DNA from: Nitrospinota bacterium
Lineage (GTDB): Bacteria; Nitrospinota_A; UBA7883; JACRLM01
Length of the DNA stretch: 64,000 nt
NCBI GenBank assembly: GCA_016208975.1
Contig: JACQXA010000002.1
Coordinates: 74,848-138,847 of the forward strand
Reading direction: 5' to 3'
Shown here piece by piece: positions 58,745 through 64,000 of the stretch. The first letter of the stretch is position 1. Every line of letters starts with the position of its first letter. Under the pieces are notes generated by a model. That model was not told the DNA's origin and searched no databases. It saw only the letters and a program-made list of their open reading frames with translations. Both the position numbers and the translations under genes were made by a program.

Positions 58745-59809
58745 TTATTTTCCGCTTACGCCCAGCCGCTCGCCTTTATATGTTTCCCTGGTCACCGCGG
58801 CCACCCATTCCTCGTTATCGAGATACCATTGTACGGTTTTCCGCAGACCGGCGGGAAAGGTTTCCGACGGGCGCCAGCCCAGCTCTTTTTCTATCTTTCC
58901 GGCGTTTATGGCGTAACGGCGGTCATGACCGGGCCTGTCCTGAACGAAGGTTATCAGCTTTTCGTGAGGCCTGTGGGGCGATTGCGGGAAAAGCTCGTCC
59001 ATGATGGCGCATATCATCTTCACAACGTCCATGTTCTTCATCTCCGCCCCGCCGCCGATGTTGTATGTCTCCCCTGCCCGGCCCTTTTCCATCACAAGCC
59101 TTATGGCTTCGCAATGGTCTTTCACGTACAGCCAGTCCCGCACGTTCTGCCCGTCCCCATATACCGGCATGGGCTCGCCCCTGCGGGCCTTGCTTATCAG
59201 GAGCGGGATGAGCTTTTCGGGAAACTGGTACGGGCCATAGTTATTTGAGCAATTGGTGATGTTCACCGGCAGGCCGTAAGTGTGATGATACGCCCGCGCC
59301 AAATGGTCCGAAGCGGCCTTGGAGGCGGCGTAAGGGGAATTGGGGGCATAAGGGGTTTTCTCGGTGAACCGCTCATCGCCGGGCCCCAGGGAGCCGTAAA
59401 CCTCGTCCGTGGACACATGGACAAACTTGAACCCGTCCCTTTTAGCTCCCGATAGCGTGGAATAATAACCCCTCACCGCCTCTAATAGCTCGAACATGCC
59501 GTTTACGTTGGTTGATATGAAGTCTCCGGGGGAATCTATGGATCTGTCCACATGGGACTCGGCGGCGAAATTTACAATGTGATCCGGAGCGTGTTCCGTC
59601 AGTAGCGTTTTCACCAGCGCCCGGTCCCGGATGTCGCCATGGATGAAAATGTGGTTGGGATTTTTTTCCAGCGGCTTGAGGGTTTCCAGATGCCCGGCGT
59701 AGGTTAGCGCGTCCAGATTCACAACGCGGTACTGGCCGCCCGGAGTGAGGGCTATTGAAAAGTTGCCGCCAATAAACCCGGCTCCTCCAGTCACAAGAAC
59801 CGTTTTCAT
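58745..59809 (-). CDS. rfbB: dTDP-glucose 4,6-dehydratase
   Basis: [47 protein letters not shown]. Confidence 0.96.
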   Translation of the reverse strand: MKTVLVTGGAGFIGGNFSIALTPGGQYRVVNLDALTYAGHLETLKPLEKNPNHIFIHGDIRDRALVKTLLTEHAPDHIVNFAAESHVDRSIDSPGDFISTNVNGMFELLEAVRGYYSTLSGAKRDGFKFVHVSTDEVYGSLGPGDERFTEKTPYAPNSPYAASKAASDHLARAYHHTYGLPVNITNCSNNYGPYQFPEKLIPLLISKARRGEPMPVYGDGQNVRDWLYVKDHCEAIRLVMEKGRAGETYNIGGGAEMKNMDVVKMICAIMDELFPQSPHRPHEKLITFVQDRPGHDRRYAINAGKIEKELGWRPSETFPAGLRKTVQWYLDNEEWVAAVTRETYKGERLGVSGK

Positions 59810-60130
59810 TATTCCGCTCTGCTGGGCTCCATGGTTATGTTTTTTCCGGCTCGATACAATATGGTTTAGTGAACCGCCAAAATCAAGCCTTATGCCAGCC
59901 ATTTTGCCAGCAAATTGGACATGCCCTATAAAATCCTAATGTAACTTTTCAAGTTCCGTTATCAAAATCCTGATTTATCGCGGGCTATTTTCTTTGTTAG
60001 GGGTATAAGTAGAAACTATGTGCACCTTTCCATGGTTACAGCCTGGAATGGCGTTTGGAGCATAGTCCGGTTATTTCCCTGCAATTCCGCTCTTTTCCTT
60101 CCCAATGAAACATTGGGTCATCACCGGTTC

Positions 60131-60200
60131 CGGTTTGAAGTGTTTTATCTTTCTTTTATCTTACTTTTAAATCTTTTAATGCTTTTAGATGTTTAGACAG
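60131..60200. other. AT-rich tract, candidate DNA-unwinding element
   Basis: T-rich strand with repeated (T)CTTTTA(T/A) in otherwise GC-rich DNA, about 50 bp before the iterons. Confidence 0.55.
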
Positions 60201-60250
60201 CCGTAACGCAAGCTTATTTAATGCGTTGAAAGGGCTTGGGGCGCCAGATG

Positions 60251-60404
60251 TTCTACGAAAGGCGCCCATATATTCTACGTAAGGTTACCGTTCCTTCTAC
60301 GTGAGGCGCCCTTATGTTCTACGAAAGGTGTACGTTTTCAATATGTAAGGGCGCCATGGCTTCTACGTAGGGAGAACATATCTTCTATGAAACGCCGGAG
60401 GTGT
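60251..60404 (+). repeat. Iteron array: 7 tandem 22-bp units
   Basis: Units start at 60251, 60273, 60295, 60317, 60339, 60361 and 60383; consensus about TTCTACGWAAGGCGCCC; a partial unit lies in register at 60229. Confidence 0.85.
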
Positions 60405-60538
60405 ACATAAATTCTAAGATCCCGGGACGCTGTAATGGAAAGATAACCCTGCATTGCCCAATTATAGCTCTAATAGCTATTAAATCAGGCGTTATAGTGA
60501 AAGACCGGCCAGGTTTAATAATCCTCTTTAACGCCCGT

Positions 60539-60605
60539 TTCAACGATAGGCGCCCGTTTTTTCTATGGAAAGGCGCCCATTCTTTCTATGTCAAGCCGGG
60601 TTGGA
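60539..60605 (+). repeat. Second iteron-like block (3 units)
   Basis: TTCAACGATAGGCGCCC (60539), TTCTATGGAAAGGCGCCC (60561), TTCTATGTCAAGCC (60584). Confidence 0.65.
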
Positions 60606-60617
60606 GCAAAAGAAAAT

Positions 60618-60698
60618 CCTGAAAAGCATGAAAAACATGGGGAATTTGCTAAACATGGCATACATGGCATACCTGAAAAACCTGAAACGGTAGAAAAA
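60618..60698 (+). repeat. Degenerate 9-bp tandem repeat (9 units)
   Basis: CCTGAAAAG CATGAAAAA CATGGGGAA TTTGCTAAA CATGGCATA CATGGCATA CCTGAAAAA CCTGAAACG GTAGAAAAA. Confidence 0.6.
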
Positions 60699-60752
60699 AT
60701 GGGCGCCTTTGAAAACCCTTGGGGAAAAGGAAATGTTGGTGTACATTTTTAA

Positions 60753-60781
60753 TTGACTTCGTACACCATAAAAATTAAAGT
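60753..60781 (+). promoter_or_regulatory. Sigma70-type promoter of the rep gene
   Basis: TTGACT-N17-TAAAGT. Confidence 0.55.
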
Positions 60782-60871
60782 TATATCCGGTTGGTTGGTG
60801 GAAGGAACTTTTTAAAGCGGCGCCTGGCCGTTTATATTGCGGTTCCGGTTATCTTGAAGGGGGTTAATGCC

Positions 60872-62248
60872 GTGGCTTCCGGCGCGAAGAAGATAGAAGA
60901 CACAAAACCCATAAAGGCCCACAGTTCGGCCATTCAGGTCACACACAAGCTCACGCTGGTGCAACACAAGGCGTGGCTGGTGCTGTTGCGCAACGCCTAT
61001 CACGAGCTGGCCAACAACAATATCAAAAAGCACAAGATGCGCATGCAGGAGCTGGCGCTTTACCTGGGCTACACCAACAACCGTAACGACAAATACCTCA
61101 AAAACGTCCTGGAAGAGCTTGTGGACACGAAAGTGGCCTGGAACGTCTTCGACAAGGACGGTGAAGACGAATGGGGCGTGGCGGCCATGCTGGCCGGTTG
61201 CAAGGTGAAAAAAGGGGTGGTGGAGTACGACTACTCCTCGTTCCTGCGAGAGAAGCTTTACAACCCCAAGATGTTCGCCCTGCTCAACCTGAAGATCCTC
61301 AACAAGTTCCGCAGTAAATATGCGCTGGCCATATACAACCTTTGTAAAGACTATGTGGGCGCCGGCCAGGCGCCGCTGGTGGGGCTGGACAAGTTCCGCG
61401 AGTTTGTGGGGCTGGACACGGGCGAGTACACCGATTTTAAGAGCATGAACCGCCGGGTGATAAAAGAGCCGTTAAAAGAGATCAACGCCCTGTCGGACAT
61501 CAACGTGAAGGTGGACTACATCAAGGAAAAGCGCAAGGTTGTGGGGCTCAAATTCATGATAAGGGCCAACCCGCAACTTTCGCTTGATATAGACTCGGTC
61601 ACCGAAAAGGTCATGGGCCAGCCCTCGGAGTTCGATGAGGATATGGACGCGCCGCCAGACAAGGCCAACAGGGCCGGGGCGGTGGTGGACAGGCTTGTAT
61701 CCTTCGGCGTCACGGAAAAGCAGGCCAGGAAGCTCTCGGAGAGCCACGAATACGGTTACATCATGGAGAACCTGGACGTGGTGGAGAAACAGTGCCGCTC
61801 GGGCCGGGTGCAGAACGTGCCCGCATACACCGTGACCGCCATAAGGGAAGACTACCGCCCCCGCAAAACCTTCATCCAGGCGGAAATGGCGGCCAAAGAG
61901 GCGGAGAAGAAAAAGGCCCGCACAAAAAAGGCCAGGGAGGAAATTTTAAAACGCCTGCTGGACGAGTTCGACGCCAAAAGCCTCGAAAAAGCGATACACG
62001 TCCTGAAACCGAAGGAGAAGGAAAAACTCCAGGGGGATTTCCTTCAACACGTAAGGGGGGAATCTTTCCTTTCCCAATACTACGCCCGCAACGGGTTCGA
62101 GAACATGGTGGTTAAAGGGGCCTATTTCGCCTTCGCCAAGGAAAGGCTGGGCATTCCCAGGCCCGGCGCGCAATCGCTTGTGAAAATGCTGGAGTCTGCC
62201 GGATACAGGGCCACGGAGTTCAAGGAAGAGCTTTCGCTTTATGAATAA
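60872..62248 (+). CDS. Rep_3/RepB-family replication initiator protein with C-terminal extension
   Basis: KLTLVQHKAWLVLL, LNLKILNKFRSKYALAIY, YTDFKSMNRRVIKEPLKEIN, RKVVGLKF (double winged-helix Rep pattern); GTG start after AAGGGG inferred. Confidence 0.87.
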   Translation: MASGAKKIEDTKPIKAHSSAIQVTHKLTLVQHKAWLVLLRNAYHELANNNIKKHKMRMQELALYLGYTNNRNDKYLKNVLEELVDTKVAWNVFDKDGEDEWGVAAMLAGCKVKKGVVEYDYSSFLREKLYNPKMFALLNLKILNKFRSKYALAIYNLCKDYVGAGQAPLVGLDKFREFVGLDTGEYTDFKSMNRRVIKEPLKEINALSDINVKVDYIKEKRKVVGLKFMIRANPQLSLDIDSVTEKVMGQPSEFDEDMDAPPDKANRAGAVVDRLVSFGVTEKQARKLSESHEYGYIMENLDVVEKQCRSGRVQNVPAYTVTAIREDYRPRKTFIQAEMAAKEAEKKKARTKKAREEILKRLLDEFDAKSLEKAIHVLKPKEKEKLQGDFLQHVRGESFLSQYYARNGFENMVVKGAYFAFAKERLGIPRPGAQSLVKMLESAGYRATEFKEELSLYE

Positions 62249-62307
62249 AGGGGTTTTCGGCTTGATTCCGGGCGTCCCTCTTTAAACCTCTCCGCCAGCG
62301 GGTCCAT

Positions 62308-63411
62308 ATGCCAAAAAAAGTCCTTTTCCTCATCCTGATGTTTCTGATACCAGTGGCGGTCTTGTCCGCCTTTCTGGAGTTTGCCGCGCCGCTCATCATC
62401 AAGACCCCCCACCTGGTTTACAAAGAATGGCCCGGCAGGCCCGTTACCTTCCATCCGGGCATGAAACACCGCGCCGTTACGGATTATTACGACAACTGGT
62501 TCACCGCCAACCCGCTGGGGTTTAACGACACGGAACACGCCCCCGCCAAACCCGCCGGTGTGGTCAGGATACTTATCCTTGGGGATTCCTTCGTGGAGGC
62601 GCTCCAGGTTAAGCCGGAGGAAAACGCCGCCCGGGTCATGGAAAGGCTGGCAGAAGAGCGGGGAATGGCCCTGGAGGCTGTTTCCATGGGGATGTCCGGC
62701 TATGGGCAGGGCCAACAGCTTAAGACCTATGAGACCATCGGAAAAACCTTCAACCCCGATATGGTCGTTATCTATTTTTGCGCCAACGACCTTAACGACA
62801 ACATGGAGCGTCCGGAATACAGCCTGTCGCCCGATGGCAAGCTTATGGCCGTGGAAAAAGAGATTCCCGCTGAAAGCTGGAAAACCGCGCTGGTCCGGGG
62901 CCTTCTGAACCGTTTAGAATCGTACTTCATCGTAAAAGAGGTTTTCGGCAGGGGCTACCGCCTGTTTTTCGCCACCGCAGAAGAGGTTCGCGCCGCCCGG
63001 ACGGCCCAGGCCGGGGTGGCTGGCGGGGGCGGGATCGACGAGGGGGCGCTGGCCCATTACGCGGAGCCGGAAAAGCTGAAATCGTTCGAGACGCTGGTGA
63101 AAAGCCTGCATGAGACGGTGACGGTGAGGGACGGCAAACCGCTGGTTGCGGCGTTGGTGTCCGCCGGGGTGGTTTCCCCATCGCTGGAGTTTGAAAAGTT
63201 TTTGGACGAAATGGAGAAGGTTTACCATGAGGCCGGAGTTGATACGCTGAATCTCCAGCGGCTTTTTGTGGAGCGGTACCGGCGGGAAAAAACCCCGCCC
63301 CATTTCGAGCGGGATGTCCATTGGAACGCCGTGGGGCATCTATGGGCCGCCGGGGCCATTCTGGAGCGGGTGGAAAAACAATTGGGCGCAAAGGGGGTTA
63401 AAAATGGTTGA
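62308..63411 (+). CDS. SGNH/GDSL hydrolase-family membrane-anchored protein
   Basis: ILGDSFVEA, GMSGYGQGQQ, AND, DVHWNAVGH. Confidence 0.82.
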   Translation: MPKKVLFLILMFLIPVAVLSAFLEFAAPLIIKTPHLVYKEWPGRPVTFHPGMKHRAVTDYYDNWFTANPLGFNDTEHAPAKPAGVVRILILGDSFVEALQVKPEENAARVMERLAEERGMALEAVSMGMSGYGQGQQLKTYETIGKTFNPDMVVIYFCANDLNDNMERPEYSLSPDGKLMAVEKEIPAESWKTALVRGLLNRLESYFIVKEVFGRGYRLFFATAEEVRAARTAQAGVAGGGGIDEGALAHYAEPEKLKSFETLVKSLHETVTVRDGKPLVAALVSAGVVSPSLEFEKFLDEMEKVYHEAGVDTLNLQRLFVERYRREKTPPHFERDVHWNAVGHLWAAGAILERVEKQLGAKGVKNG

Positions 63412-63784
63412 AACCGGGGGAAGGCTGATATTCGTGTATAACGCCGGGTCATCGCTGTTCGACAAGATAACCGATTTCACCCACAAGATCATCTCTCCGG
63501 CCACATACAGCTGTAACTTGTGCATGATCACTTTCGATTCGCTGGGCATGAAAAAAGAGTGGGCCGATTTTATTAAAACCCTCTCCCCTCCCCCGGTTTT
63601 CCTGCATAAAGACGAGTTCGCGGAAAAATACCCCGCCCTGGCCCAGGGGCCTTTCCCGGCGGTGTTTCTGGAGAAGGAGGGACAGTTGGGCCTTTGGATC
63701 ACCCCCGCCGAGATCGCCTCCGCCGGTGAGGTGGACGGGCTGAAAAAGCTGGTTTTGGAAAAAACCGGAATGCCCGGGAAATGA
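63404..63784 (+). CDS. Conserved hypothetical protein with CxxC
   Basis: LIFVYNAGS...HKIISPATYSCNLCMITF; overlaps the upstream stop. Confidence 0.7.
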   Translation: MVETGGRLIFVYNAGSSLFDKITDFTHKIISPATYSCNLCMITFDSLGMKKEWADFIKTLSPPPVFLHKDEFAEKYPALAQGPFPAVFLEKEGQLGLWITPAEIASAGEVDGLKKLVLEKTGMPGK

Positions 63785-63870
63785 AAGAAAAATGTTATGC
63801 CCCGGACGCCGGGGGATATAAACTATAAGCCTTTTGATAAATCCGATTCGAGACAGCCAGACATTAAACT

Positions 63871-64000
63871 ATGAGCGGTGAAAAGATACTGGTTACCGGC
63901 GCGGCTGGTTTTATAGGGTTCCATCTCTCCCTGCGGCTTATGCGGGAGGGTAAATCCGTAACCGGGCTGGACAACCTTAACGATTATTACGACGTTAACC
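63871..64000 (+). CDS. NAD-dependent epimerase (UDP-glucuronate 4-epimerase-like), 5' part
   Basis: [13 protein letters not shown]...[12 protein letters not shown]; runs off window end. Confidence 0.88.
   Translation, partial: MSGEKILVTGAAGFIGFHLSLRLMREGKSVTGLDNLNDYYDVN

Noticed and set aside
60251-60404. 22-bp periodic repeats as a CRISPR array
   Set aside because: Units are contiguous with no unique spacers, and no cas genes are present; the adjacent Rep gene explains them as iterons

Overview
Window from a GC-rich Gram-negative bacterium (lpxK present; lineage not determined). It has housekeeping genes (RRM protein, DEAD-box helicase, MFS, pyk, tRNA-Asn, lpxK) and a Wsp-like chemosensory cluster ending in histidine kinases. 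An ECF-sigma/zinc-anti-sigma redox cluster encodes NPC (Asn-Pro-Cys)-repeat proteins, two c-type cytochromes, thioredoxin and CcdA. A Ser/Thr kinase-TPR gene is paired with a ClpA-like ATPase. A probable tRNA-Asn-anchored accessory region holds higBA, an IS3 relic and an ABC/LolA-like cassette. A large surface-glycan locus includes rfbBACD, galE, fcl, glycosyltransferases, an sxtIJK-like carbamoylation trio and a second HigB/HigA-IrrE pair. The most notable non-genic signals are five copies of a 151-bp hairpin MITE (19-bp TIR, 8-bp target duplications) and a Rep_3-type initiator gene preceded by a 22-bp iteron array and an AT-rich tract, i.e. a plasmid-type origin inside chromosome-like DNA. 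Family assignments come from motif recognition by eye, not database searches. Several start codons were moved from the ORF track on RBS/homology grounds.
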